This document shows, piece by piece, positions 7,801 to 17,205 of a stretch of DNA of 37,478 bases. The notes below the pieces were generated by a model that searched no databases, had not been told where the DNA came from, and was given only the letters and a program-made list of their open reading frames with translations. Numbering within the stretch: position 1 is the stretch's first letter; the number at the start of each line of letters is the position of its first letter. The translations under genes were made by a program, and so were the position numbers. Source of the stretch: a virus; IMG/VR virus record IMGVR_UViG_3300045988_150188, positions 1 to 37,478 of that record. One strand, 5' to 3'.

Positions 7801-9543
7801 TTAATACTCACCATCATACATAAGGACTATTGCTCCTGGCATTCCTTGTGTACCATCGCCTGAGCCGTACCCCCCTACCCAGAAGTGAACTGCGCATCCT
7901 CCGCATCCTCCGCTTCCATACCCACTTGCGGCACCTGCCTTATAAAACATACTGCTTCCTGATGTGTACAATTTTGGTGTTCCTCCAGACCCCAGCGGGC
8001 TGTATCCTCCTTCACCTCCGAGTCCTTGTATATCATACAAATAATTGTTGACAGGTCTACTCCTCCCCGAGTATAGGCTCCCTCCATCTCCACCATGGGG
8101 TGTGTGCGAGTATAGGTCTTCATAACCTGTTAGTTTTACACCAGAACCGCCCTTGCCTCCATATGTCTGACCTCCATTAGAGATAGATGAAGCTGTATTC
8201 CCATTGTTTCCTCCATATCCTTTCGTGCTTGTTCCGCCATTTCCCGCAAAAGCGAATGCAGGTTGGTTACGACTATATGCAGACCCTCCACCACCGCCTC
8301 CCCCATAGTCTCCCTTGCCTCCATCGCCTCCGTGAGAATAGCCTGACGTGTTACATCCGCCTCCTCCGCCTCCTCCACTGCCTCCATCACCTCCGTTGCC
8401 TCCATCTGCACCACTATCATTAGACCATCCTGCCCCCCCTCCGCTAGCAGATAAAATCTTCCCAAATGATGTTACACCTCCTGATTTTGCGCCGACTATT
8501 TCGTAATTCACTACCTCACCGCCTGCTCCTCCTGCTCCTATCGAAATAATGTGGCTACCGAACAGGGGTGTTGTTTTAGCTGTGGCATATCCACTACCTC
8601 CTCCGCCTCCACCAGCATCTCCGCCTTGTTCACTGACCCCACCTCCTCCTCCGCCTCCTACACAGAGGATTCTATACATCGCATTAGGTACGGTGAGTGT
8701 TCCTGCTGAAGTTATCGTGTACTTGATTCCTTTCTTCAACATCGGAAGCGTAGCAGACGCAGTATCACTTGTCGGAGACAGACTGACTTTCGAGAATGCA
8801 ACGGAGTAAATCGGCCCCGCAGAAACCCCACTCAGCTGAGGGATTTCACCTGTGAAATTCACCGTGCCTCCTACACTTATCGTTCCTGCCCGAAGCACTG
8901 CACAGGTCTTTGTAGCTGAATATGTATCTGTGTTCGGAGCAGAATATCCATTTACTGTTATACTCTTAAGCTCATATCCTCCTTGTGCAGATACGGTCAG
9001 CTTCGTAAACAATGCAGATAAATCCTTGATGATACCTGCATTCTTCGGAACAGTGAACTCATAAGTCGTACTGACCCCATAGACACTCAGTGTGAGAACG
9101 TATGTTCCCCCATACAGATTGAAGGTCATTGAAGTGGTCCAGGATTTTCCAGATTCCACTGTTGTTCCAGCCAATGTAATCGAGTATGAAGCGCTGGATG
9201 ACGTAAGTGCATAAGGTGAGTTGAAGGTCACTACCTGCGCATTCCTAGCACCCGTCAGCCAGGTCAGCGTACCCGTTCCACGAGATGTGAGCGTGATGCT
9301 CTTGGGGTCGTCTCCGAGATATTCTCCCCCATGAGTGACCGAAACAGTATATGTTCCGACAGGGAGCTGGACCGAAGCATACCCATTCGCATCGGACTGG
9401 ACGGATTTCGATGTCGTCCCTGAGATGACGAATGTAACCTGTTGGTTCTCCCCATCGTTGGTTATCCAGGTCAGGTTCAGGACGGCCTGTCCTGCTGGGA
9501 CTGCGTTGGCCAGTCCTCCTAGGCACGCGTTGACAATCGGCAT
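7801..9543 (-). CDS. Gly-rich tail fibre / receptor-binding-like protein (580 aa)
   Basis: ATG 9543 with GAGGAGG SD. Long GGxGG-rich central domain, paralogous to that of 10604-12979. TAA stop. Confidence 0.75.
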   Translation of the reverse strand: MPIVNACLGGLANAVPAGQAVLNLTWITNDGENQQVTFVISGTTSKSVQSDANGYASVQLPVGTYTVSVTHGGEYLGDDPKSITLTSRGTGTLTWLTGARNAQVVTFNSPYALTSSSASYSITLAGTTVESGKSWTTSMTFNLYGGTYVLTLSVYGVSTTYEFTVPKNAGIIKDLSALFTKLTVSAQGGYELKSITVNGYSAPNTDTYSATKTCAVLRAGTISVGGTVNFTGEIPQLSGVSAGPIYSVAFSKVSLSPTSDTASATLPMLKKGIKYTITSAGTLTVPNAMYRILCVGGGGGGGVSEQGGDAGGGGGGSGYATAKTTPLFGSHIISIGAGGAGGEVVNYEIVGAKSGGVTSFGKILSASGGGAGWSNDSGADGGNGGDGGSGGGGGGGCNTSGYSHGGDGGKGDYGGGGGGGSAYSRNQPAFAFAGNGGTSTKGYGGNNGNTASSISNGGQTYGGKGGSGVKLTGYEDLYSHTPHGGDGGSLYSGRSRPVNNYLYDIQGLGGEGGYSPLGSGGTPKLYTSGSSMFYKAGAASGYGSGGCGGCAVHFWVGGYGSGDGTQGMPGAIVLMYDGEY

Positions 9544-9731
9544 CGTTCGACCTCCTCGGTCGTGTTTTCGATCTCGGCGATGACGGTCTCGATGGCGTTC
9601 AGTGCGTCGATGTAGCCCTTCGAGTACGCCCCTGAATCGAAGTCGTACTGATGCGCCCTTTCCGCACTGATGACCTCGCGAAGTCTCGCATAAGGTCCAG
9701 AATATGTTGAGATTTCACTCACTTGCATCAT
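9519..9731 (-). CDS. small hypothetical protein (~70 aa)
   Basis: GGGAGG SD. Overlaps the fibre start. Confidence 0.4.
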   Translation of the reverse strand: MMQVSEISTYSGPYARLREVISAERAHQYDFDSGAYSKGYIDALNAIETVIAEIENTTEEVERCRLSTRA

Positions 9732-10602
9732 CCTCCCATATCAACATCGGGTTGAGGTCGATGGTCGGCTTCTCCCCGAGGCATCTCAGAGTCACCGTGG
9801 ATCCGTTCATCGCGGATACACTCATGATGGCGTTGGTCATGACCTCGACCGCCGTATCCGACATTCCCGACCAGGTTCCGAGCGTCGCATTCGCAGGCGC
9901 TTTCGGCAGAGTCACCGTGGCCGTCCACGGTCCAGAGCCAGTCCAGCTACTCGCACTTATGTTGACTTCAGTGTACATCGAGAGTCCTCCTATCGACACC
10001 TTTACAGGGATGTCCACCTGCGGTTTGAGTCCCAGGGCATATACACGCACCAGTCTGTCGGATTGGGTCCCTGCCCTGAGAACTCCATTATACTCGGCCA
10101 TCCTCGCATCCACGCTCGCCGTGTGCGAGACATAGAACAAGGCATCCGTGGTCGTGAAGATTCCTGGCATCTCCAAGTCCTGATAGTACGGCCCCGAACC
10201 GCTCCAACGCGAAGCGTAGAGAACCGCGCTGTATGTGACCAGGACCTTTCCAGCAGGTATCCTCGAACCCGTGCCTCCGAGTGCGGTATAAAGCGTCCAG
10301 AAGTTCGACTCCCACCTTTCGAAATCCACGTAGGATACCGTTCTTCCAGCACCCCATGCGGACTCGATGGTGATGGTCTTCCCGATCTTCGTCGCAACGG
10401 CTTTGAGCAGGTTCTCCAGCTTCTGGGCTTCGTCGTATCTGAACATCGACTTCCTGGCCGTCTCGATGAACGTGACCTGCGACACGCCCGCCTCGCGGGC
10501 GATGATGTTGGCGTTGTATTCCACGCGGTTCATGTCGAGCCACGTGAAATATTCGTCCGCATCCCCATCCCAGATCTTGCACATCAACTCCGGCAGTACC
10601 AT
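9715..10602 (-). CDS. hypothetical virion/tail-associated protein (~295 aa)
   Basis: ATG 10602 with GGGAGGTG SD and a 6-nt spacer. Confidence 0.6.
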   Translation of the reverse strand: MVLPELMCKIWDGDADEYFTWLDMNRVEYNANIIAREAGVSQVTFIETARKSMFRYDEAQKLENLLKAVATKIGKTITIESAWGAGRTVSYVDFERWESNFWTLYTALGGTGSRIPAGKVLVTYSAVLYASRWSGSGPYYQDLEMPGIFTTTDALFYVSHTASVDARMAEYNGVLRAGTQSDRLVRVYALGLKPQVDIPVKVSIGGLSMYTEVNISASSWTGSGPWTATVTLPKAPANATLGTWSGMSDTAVEVMTNAIMSVSAMNGSTVTLRCLGEKPTIDLNPMLIWEDDASE

Positions 10603-10603
10603 C

Positions 10604-12979
10604 TCACGCACCTCCCGGTGCCACATCGAGCACGCGAACGTGCGAAAAAGGTTTGGAAACTCTTGTAATCGTGATTGTGAAAGACTTATATGTACTCGCA
10701 TCGAAACCGATCCTCGTGCCGTCGCTTCTCGCGGTCCTCGTGACCGTCGTGCCGTCGGCCTTGGTGTAGACGATCGTCGCCTCCCTGATGCTCGTCCTGG
10801 AGGACGAGAAAACGACGATCGACGACGTGTACTCCGCCGACCCCGTGCCGGACACCGTCCAGCTCACGGCCCCGCTCTCGTCCGAGATGACGTCGGACCA
10901 TGCCCCGATGCGCGGGGAAGGCAGCGTCGTCGCCGTCAGAGGCGGAGCGACCATGCCCGTCGTTCTGATGCCGTAGCCCTCGAACGTCGCGAGGTCCTCC
11001 TCGGCGGACGTGTCCCACATCTGGATCTGCGCCGGCGACGACATGGGCAGTCCCGCGCCGGTCGTGATCGTCATGTCCGTCCATCTCGGCACGGCGGTCT
11101 CCTCGGACACCGCGTTGACGGATGCGAGCAGGGCCGCGCCCGTCGATGCGGGGTTGGGCTGGATCGAGATGCTCCGGATGGTCGTCCTCGACCCTACGAG
11201 GTCGTAGCGCGCGTAGAGCGTCGCCGGACCCGTCACGGTGTAGGTCGATGTCGACAGCTTGGAGCCGTCCCACCACCCGACGAACTTCCCCGTCCCCTTG
11301 GTGCCGATAGGCAGGTCGATGGATGCGTTGTAGCGCCCCGATCTCGTTGACGAGGTGCCGTTGTCCCACAGATGGATCGTGTACGTGGCGGCCGTGTAGA
11401 CGGCCGTGAACGTCGTGTCGGCCTGGATGTCGTAGGTCGAGATGTCGACGGTCGCGCCGTTGACCTGCCAGACATAGGTATAGCCCGTCTTGGACACGTC
11501 GGGAGGGTTGAGCACGGCGCCGGGCGACACGGTGTCGGTCCTGATAGTCGCGCCGTCCGCCACCCATATGGCCTTGACGTCGGCCTTGATGACGGTGATG
11601 CGGCAGAATCCGTCGCCAGAGTGGCCCGTCTCGGATGAGCCTGTCGGCGATGTGATGGTCGAGGTGCCGACGGTCGTGGACGCGTCCGTCAGGTAGTCGG
11701 CGGACGTCAGAAGGCATCCCGACGGGTACTGGGATGCGGTCGAGACCGTGTAGACATAGCCCGATCCACCTGCTCCTGCCTTGTCGTCATCGCCGGAGCT
11801 GTCGGGCTGCGTTCCCGATCCGCCGTACCATCCGCCCCCGCCTGCCCCTCCGTAGCCCGAGCTGACGGGACCCTGGCCGTTCCCTCCGAAGCCAAATCCG
11901 CCGCAGATGGCGGTCGTGGACCCCGAGACGGTCGTGGACTGGCTAGATGCGGTCGTCGATGGAGAGGACCCCGAGTAGGTCGTGTTTCCTGGGCCGTTGT
12001 TGGTCCCGTATCCCGACCCCTGATAGGTCTGGCCTACGGTGCCTCCTCCAGCACCTCCCGTCCTCGATGTAGACCCGTCCGAGCCTCCCCCTCCTGCCAC
12101 GATGACACGGGCATAGAGCGAGTCGGCGCCGAGCCTTATGTCGGATCCTCCTCCGCCTCCGTTGTAGGTCCCACGACGGCCTCCGCCGTTGAATCCTCCA
12201 GATGTCTTCCCCGTGTTGCCCGCCCCTCCTGCGCGGATGACCGCGAGCCTCGGGGTTGCGACCGTCAGGGTGCCCGCAGAGTATCCGCCCTTGCCCCCGC
12301 AGGTGGTCGAGGAGCGATATCCCCCCTGCGCGCCCCACACCTCCAGCTTGCACGTGCCTGTGAGATTCATGGCGATGGCCGACCCCGAGTACGGGAAGTT
12401 GTAGACATCCCCTCTGGACCTCGTGGGCGGGATGAAGACGGACATCGTGCCTGACACGAATGGGAGGTTGGAGTCGCACCATGCCCTGGTCGGCTCGGAC
12501 CCCGCGCCCCATGTGGCCGTCAGGTCGACTATCATGACCTCGTCGAACCAACACGAGCCCGCGATCTTGTTGTTGTCGAAGTCCACGCGCATCTCATAGG
12601 ACCCTGACGACCATGATCCGCGAGTCGCCGTCCATGAGGTCGTGACCCACTTGCCGAGGTCCGCCGTTTTAAAACGATACTTCCAGTCCATGCCCGGTTC
12701 GGCGATGGGCCAGTACATGCCCACGCCCGCCCCGCCCGTCAGGGCGGAGTCCTCGGTGTATGAGGACATCCTGAAGTAGTAGACATGAGACGGATCCAGG
12801 GCGATGGTTCCTGGCATCTCGTTAGTAATTTCGGCCGTACTCGCCGTTCCCGTGAGCTTGAGGGATTTCGTCCCGCTCTTGACGTGGGTCGTGTCGTTGC
12901 CCCATCCGCTCTCCATGTCGCCGTAGACGGCGAGGTTGGTGACGGTTTTGAGGTAGGACAAGGCGGAGTAGGTCGTCAT
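10604..12979 (-). CDS. large Gly-rich tail fibre protein (~791 aa). Its C-terminal domain is shared with the N-terminus of the 15270-16829 product.
   Basis: ATG 12979 (ATGA overlap). GGxGG repeats. C-terminal ...ATFEGYGIRTTGMVAPPLTAT...SDESGAVSW... aligns with the 15270 gene. Confidence 0.75.
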   Translation of the reverse strand: MTTYSALSYLKTVTNLAVYGDMESGWGNDTTHVKSGTKSLKLTGTASTAEITNEMPGTIALDPSHVYYFRMSSYTEDSALTGGAGVGMYWPIAEPGMDWKYRFKTADLGKWVTTSWTATRGSWSSGSYEMRVDFDNNKIAGSCWFDEVMIVDLTATWGAGSEPTRAWCDSNLPFVSGTMSVFIPPTRSRGDVYNFPYSGSAIAMNLTGTCKLEVWGAQGGYRSSTTCGGKGGYSAGTLTVATPRLAVIRAGGAGNTGKTSGGFNGGGRRGTYNGGGGGSDIRLGADSLYARVIVAGGGGSDGSTSRTGGAGGGTVGQTYQGSGYGTNNGPGNTTYSGSSPSTTASSQSTTVSGSTTAICGGFGFGGNGQGPVSSGYGGAGGGGWYGGSGTQPDSSGDDDKAGAGGSGYVYTVSTASQYPSGCLLTSADYLTDASTTVGTSTITSPTGSSETGHSGDGFCRITVIKADVKAIWVADGATIRTDTVSPGAVLNPPDVSKTGYTYVWQVNGATVDISTYDIQADTTFTAVYTAATYTIHLWDNGTSSTRSGRYNASIDLPIGTKGTGKFVGWWDGSKLSTSTYTVTGPATLYARYDLVGSRTTIRSISIQPNPASTGAALLASVNAVSEETAVPRWTDMTITTGAGLPMSSPAQIQMWDTSAEEDLATFEGYGIRTTGMVAPPLTATTLPSPRIGAWSDVISDESGAVSWTVSGTGSAEYTSSIVVFSSSRTSIREATIVYTKADGTTVTRTARSDGTRIGFDASTYKSFTITITRVSKPFSHVRVLDVAPGGA

Positions 12980-13257
12980 CCTCGCAGGGCCTCGACGCTG
13001 ATGAGGTGCGGCTGCTTGTAGCGGTCCAATCCCATGGACCAGGATATCTCGATGGTGCTGATGCCCTCGACGTCCGCGTTGAAGCGGAAGCGGCATGTGT
13101 GCGCACCGTCGTCGATGCTCATGATCCCGGCCTGCGAGATGGAGCCGTCCGGCGCGATGACGCGGTAGGACGCGGAGTCCACGATGCGCTCCGGGTCCTT
13201 GGGGTCGGAGATGTCGAAGACCAGCTCGAACGATTCCCCGATGTATGCTTTCTGCAT
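12976..13257 (-). CDS. small structural-module protein (93 aa)
   Basis: ATG 13257 with AGGTGAG SD. Confidence 0.55.
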   Translation of the reverse strand: MQKAYIGESFELVFDISDPKDPERIVDSASYRVIAPDGSISQAGIMSIDDGAHTCRFRFNADVEGISTIEISWSMGLDRYKQPHLISVEALRG

Positions 13258-13634
13258 CAGATCTCACCTGCCAGAGGGCAGACGTGCGGACGGAGGTCGC
13301 AGACGGGCCGTGCCGTGACGTCCTCGATGCTCACGCGCATGAGCGTCATGGAGGAAACGGCGCGGTCCGTCATCTCGGCGACGGGACGGTTCTGCGCGCG
13401 CATGATGCACTCGCATCCGATGTCGAGCCACCGCCAGCACTTTATCACGCCTCTGTCGAGGGTGATGATCGCCGCGCGATAGCCGACGTTCCCGGCATCG
13501 TCCTCGGCCCAGAACTCGCAGATGAGGGTTCCGGAAATGCCCGGAGGAGCCGGGAAGAGCCAGTCGTCGCCGTCATGGGAGAGGGGCAGGACATCGCTGC
13601 CCTGGACCCTCCCCCAGACTTCCGCCACAGTCAT
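13257..13634 (-). CDS. hypothetical protein (~125 aa)
   Basis: ATG 13634. Coherent tail of table ORF 13257..14195. Confidence 0.5.
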   Translation of the reverse strand: MTVAEVWGRVQGSDVLPLSHDGDDWLFPAPPGISGTLICEFWAEDDAGNVGYRAAIITLDRGVIKCWRWLDIGCECIMRAQNRPVAEMTDRAVSSMTLMRVSIEDVTARPVCDLRPHVCPLAGEI

Positions 13635-13636
13635 GA

Positions 13637-14581
13637 TCAGTCCGTCGCGGTGACCTTGATCACGTAGGTCTTTCCGCCGTCGACCGGGTTGGGAGTCAGC
13701 TCGATCTTGGTGATGACGGGCGCTCCGGTGTCCAGCACGACGGTCCTGGTGACGGTCGAGGTCTTGCCTGCGGAGTCCGTCGCGGTGATCGTGATGGTGT
13801 TGGTGCCCTCGGTCAGGTCCACGGCCTGCGAGAACGCTCCGCCGCCTCCGACGGACGGGGCGTAGGTCTTGCCTCCGCAGGTGATCTTGATGGTCACGGG
13901 CGAGGAGGTCACATCGTTGGTGGTACCGGTGACGGTGACCGTGGCCACATTGGTGTGGAGGTTGTCGGCGGGAGCCGTGATGTTGAGGGTGGGCGGGACT
14001 GTGTCCACGGTGAAGGTGGTGGTCGCTGCATCGGACTGGTTGCCGTCGTAGTCGATGCCGTAGACGGAGACGGTGTGCGCACCCTCCGACAGGGCGGTGG
14101 ACGGGGTGTAGGTGCATGTCGCGACATTGCCGGACACGGACACGCTCGCGGTCGGCAGGGCGGTGGCCTCGCCGGAGTCGACCTTGATGAAGCATTTGGC
14201 AGGGTTGACTCCGCTGCCTGCGTCGGTGATCGTGAACTTGACGGTCGGCTTGGAGTTGGTGATGTAGGCACCGGAACCGGGCGACTGGATGGCTGCGGTC
14301 GGCTTGGTCTTCTCCAGGACCTTGAGCTTGAGGACGTTGCCCCAGGTGCCGTCCGAGGTGTCCACGGTGGTGACGTTGCCCGCATCGTCGGTGACCTTGA
14401 CGATTCCGGGGTAGTAGCCGAGGTTGGCGGCGGCGGTTCCGACTCCGGGGCCTTTTCCCCCGTTGTTGGAGCCGGAGGAGGCGGCGGGGGCGGTCACAGT
14501 GGCCGAGTAGACTCCATCGGAGCCTTTGGTCAGCGTGACGGTCTCACCGTTGAGCTGAAAAGTGACGCTTGTGATCGTCAT
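13637..14581 (-). CDS. Ig-like (Big-type) domain virion protein (~314 aa)
   Basis: ATG 14581, 23 nt downstream of the promoter TATA (near-leaderless). Repeated T/V/S-rich beta-sandwich-like segments. Confidence 0.65.
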   Translation of the reverse strand: MTITSVTFQLNGETVTLTKGSDGVYSATVTAPAASSGSNNGGKGPGVGTAAANLGYYPGIVKVTDDAGNVTTVDTSDGTWGNVLKLKVLEKTKPTAAIQSPGSGAYITNSKPTVKFTITDAGSGVNPAKCFIKVDSGEATALPTASVSVSGNVATCTYTPSTALSEGAHTVSVYGIDYDGNQSDAATTTFTVDTVPPTLNITAPADNLHTNVATVTVTGTTNDVTSSPVTIKITCGGKTYAPSVGGGGAFSQAVDLTEGTNTITITATDSAGKTSTVTRTVVLDTGAPVITKIELTPNPVDGGKTYVIKVTATD

Positions 14582-14589
14582 GCCTGAAA

Positions 14590-14650
14590 AGACGAGAGAC
14601 GGGGTATAAAAACGAAATTCAGAAAAATGGTTTGGAAGGGGTTTGGAGGT
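14590..14650 (-). promoter_or_regulatory. conserved promoter element copy (GGGGTATAAAAACGAAATTC plus GGTTTGGAAGGGGTTTGG on the plus strand)
   Basis: One of three near-identical copies. Confidence 0.6.
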
Positions 14651-14654
14651 ATGA

Positions 14655-15128
14655 TCAGATCGTGATGGACGTGTCGCGCTCCAGCTTGGGAGGGTCGTTC
14701 GTCCAGGTGTACTCCTGGGAGATCGTGATGTCGTCCAGAGTCGCATCGGCGGGAATCTCGAAGAGCTCTACGCTTCCGCCGTGTCCTCCGACCGCGACGG
14801 TGATCAGCTGGTAGCCGGGATGGAGCATGCCGTCGGATGTGCTGGAGTAGGTCAGGCCGTTGTATGTGGCCTTCCAAACCCAAATCCAATCGTTGGTCGT
14901 GATGCCGTCCTCATATGAGTCGTTGTAGACCATGTACTCCAGGACGAGGAATTGCATCCCTTCGTCCGCTTTGTACTCCAAACCGCTGGAGGAGGTAAAA
15001 CCATCCGCCAGGCTCAACTCGTAGTTGTAGCGTGCTTCCGGTTCGGAGCTGCCGCCGAGCGCAAGAGCAGCGATGGCAATGATGGCGATCGCGACGACCG
15101 CCCCGATGATGACCTTCTTAGAGACCAT
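14655..15128 (-). CDS. membrane-anchored protein (N-terminal TM plus beta-rich ectodomain, DUF4352-like), moron-like
   Basis: ATG 15128. TM helix KKVIIGAVVAIAIIAIAALALGG. Own TATA-like element at ~15160-15200. Confidence 0.6.
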   Translation of the reverse strand: MVSKKVIIGAVVAIAIIAIAALALGGSSEPEARYNYELSLADGFTSSSGLEYKADEGMQFLVLEYMVYNDSYEDGITTNDWIWVWKATYNGLTYSSTSDGMLHPGYQLITVAVGGHGGSVELFEIPADATLDDITISQEYTWTNDPPKLERDTSITI

Positions 15129-15210
15129 GCGGAAGGATTCCCCTTTTGAGTCTTAAATATGATGTTCCGAGATGTGTTGATTCAATAATTTATACCACAA
15201 TGGCGATGCG

Positions 15211-15236
15211 GATACACCGTCCGGAGAGGCCGGCGG
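15211..15236 (-). terminator. GC-rich hairpin downstream of tail gene 15270-16829
   Basis: CCGTCCGG...CCGGACGG inverted repeat. Confidence 0.3.
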
Positions 15237-15269
15237 ACGGCGATCTGGAGCGCTTAGAGACCTCCGGCC

Positions 15270-16829
15270 TCAATCCGTGCTTCTCATGACCGCCCTGTAT
15301 GAGCCGTCGTATGTCTCCTCGATGTAGACCGCCCTGTAGGCGATGGGTTCGTCCTGCGTCCACCTCCCCGGGATCTGCACCGTGTCGCCCAGGTCCATGG
15401 CAGGGTCGCCGCGCCACTCCGTCTCGACCTCCTGCGCGGAGATCCTGCCGACCAGCCTCTGCATGACGGCCGTCGCGCGGGACTGCGACGCTATGAGCGG
15501 GTTGCCGGTGATCTGGAGGACGTTCTTGCCCTCGGACGGGTCGGTGCGGAGGTCGGCGTTGACGTAGAGCGTCTGCGTCGCGCCGTTCTCGGTGACGGCG
15601 TAGCCGATCTGGACGAAATTGTATCTCGTCGCCTGCATCGGCGCGGGCCACGAGTAGACGGTCGTCACCGGCATCGCGCCGTATGTATCAGCCGGCCATG
15701 TCCGCGTGACGCGGATGGACCCTGCCCTGTCGGGGATGCAGTAGACGGCATAGGCCTGCTGGATGGTCAGGAGGTCGTCCGCCACCGAGGACCTGTCGTC
15801 GAACATATAGGCTCCGTCGGGCATGACCTCGAACAGTTCCGTGTCCACGATGTGGGGCACGGCGTACTCCGTCAGGAGGTCGTCCAGCGTTTTGCCGAGC
15901 GACTGCCCAGACGGCATCGTCCACGACGTGTAGACGGTCGAGAGCATCCATCTGGCATCGAACGCCGTCAGGTCCAGGCGCGTCTCCGACGACGACCGCT
16001 CGCCGATGAAGAACCGCCCGCATCTGACGGAGTGGCGCTGGCCGTTTCCGGACCGGACCGTGAACCCGAGGTCCAGAGGGTATCCGATGGCCAGCTCCCC
16101 GAATCTCCCTGCGGGGTTGTCGGGATCGTAGTCGCCGTAGACGTTGAGGACGGACAGGTCCAACTCGTGCATCGGCGCCGAGAGCTCCACCGGATCCATC
16201 TCGCGGATGACCGTGACCTCTCCCCCGAGCTCCGATTTGGACAGCGAGATGGACGCCCCGAACTCACACTCGACGATGCGCGCATGGCGGTAGGGTGCGT
16301 TGAGCGAGGCCACGGTGACCTCGATGGACGTGTAGGTCATGGTGTCGAAGATCTCGATGTAGCCTGCATGGCACGAGAACGCCTTGGTCGTCCGCGTGTC
16401 GCCGTTGATGAAGACCGCCGACGCGGACAGGACGTCGGGTCCTGCGGTGTAGATGCGGAACGCCGAGGTGTGCGCCTGCGAGAGCGTCAGGACGAACGTG
16501 AAGCCGATGGCCCCCGACTCGTCGCTGATGCCGTCCGACCATATGCCCGCCTCGGGCGGGTACGCCTTGGCGGTGAGCGGGGGGGCGATCATCCCCGCCG
16601 ACACCGCCGTGGGGATGCCGTAGCCCTCGAAGGTCGTCAGGCCGTCCGTCATGTAGTAGACGGCATCCGTGACCTGATTCGTGTTGCTCATGGGCAGGAA
16701 CGTGCCGGTGACGGACGTGAGATCGTCCGCCGCCGTGATGTCGATGCCGGTGCCGATGGAGATGAACACGTCCACCGTGCGGTCCGCCGCGCTGACGGCA
16801 TCGGAGTAGCCGTCGGGCATGTCCTGCAT
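15270..16829 (-). CDS. minor tail protein (~520 aa, Dit/Tal-position)
   Basis: ATG 16829 with GGAGG SD and a 6-nt spacer. Its N-terminal domain is homologous to the fibre C-terminus. Confidence 0.7.
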   Translation of the reverse strand: MQDMPDGYSDAVSAADRTVDVFISIGTGIDITAADDLTSVTGTFLPMSNTNQVTDAVYYMTDGLTTFEGYGIPTAVSAGMIAPPLTAKAYPPEAGIWSDGISDESGAIGFTFVLTLSQAHTSAFRIYTAGPDVLSASAVFINGDTRTTKAFSCHAGYIEIFDTMTYTSIEVTVASLNAPYRHARIVECEFGASISLSKSELGGEVTVIREMDPVELSAPMHELDLSVLNVYGDYDPDNPAGRFGELAIGYPLDLGFTVRSGNGQRHSVRCGRFFIGERSSSETRLDLTAFDARWMLSTVYTSWTMPSGQSLGKTLDDLLTEYAVPHIVDTELFEVMPDGAYMFDDRSSVADDLLTIQQAYAVYCIPDRAGSIRVTRTWPADTYGAMPVTTVYSWPAPMQATRYNFVQIGYAVTENGATQTLYVNADLRTDPSEGKNVLQITGNPLIASQSRATAVMQRLVGRISAQEVETEWRGDPAMDLGDTVQIPGRWTQDEPIAYRAVYIEETYDGSYRAVMRSTD

Positions 16830-16830
16830 G

Positions 16831-17205
16831 TCAGGCCTCCACGAACTCGAACACGACGTCGTAGTACTGGAACGTAGTGCCCTCGAACCTGCCGTAGCCT
16901 TTGATCTCCGGCGAGGACCCGCGGTAGAATGTCCCGTACTTGACGGTGTCATCGAAGATGTCGAGGTACCGCATCGAGAACGTGTTGGCCGATGTGGCGC
17001 TGACGACGGCGTTCTTCTCCTTCGCCGTCAGGCCGTGCCACTCCGCCTTGATGTTCGTCTTGACGGTGATGCGCTCCTTGATGAGGTTGCCGAGGGTGTT
17101 CCTGTCGGCCTTAGACAGCTCCTCGGGGACGGAGGTGTAGGCCATGTAGGCCGGGTCCGGGAACTCGATGTAGGAGCCGGTAGAGTTGGCTGCGAGGACG
17201 CTCAT
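16831..17205 (-). CDS. tail-associated protein (124 aa)
   Basis: ATGA overlap with the tape measure protein stop. Confidence 0.6.
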   Translation of the reverse strand: MSVLAANSTGSYIEFPDPAYMAYTSVPEELSKADRNTLGNLIKERITVKTNIKAEWHGLTAKEKNAVVSATSANTFSMRYLDIFDDTVKYGTFYRGSSPEIKGYGRFEGTTFQYYDVVFEFVEA

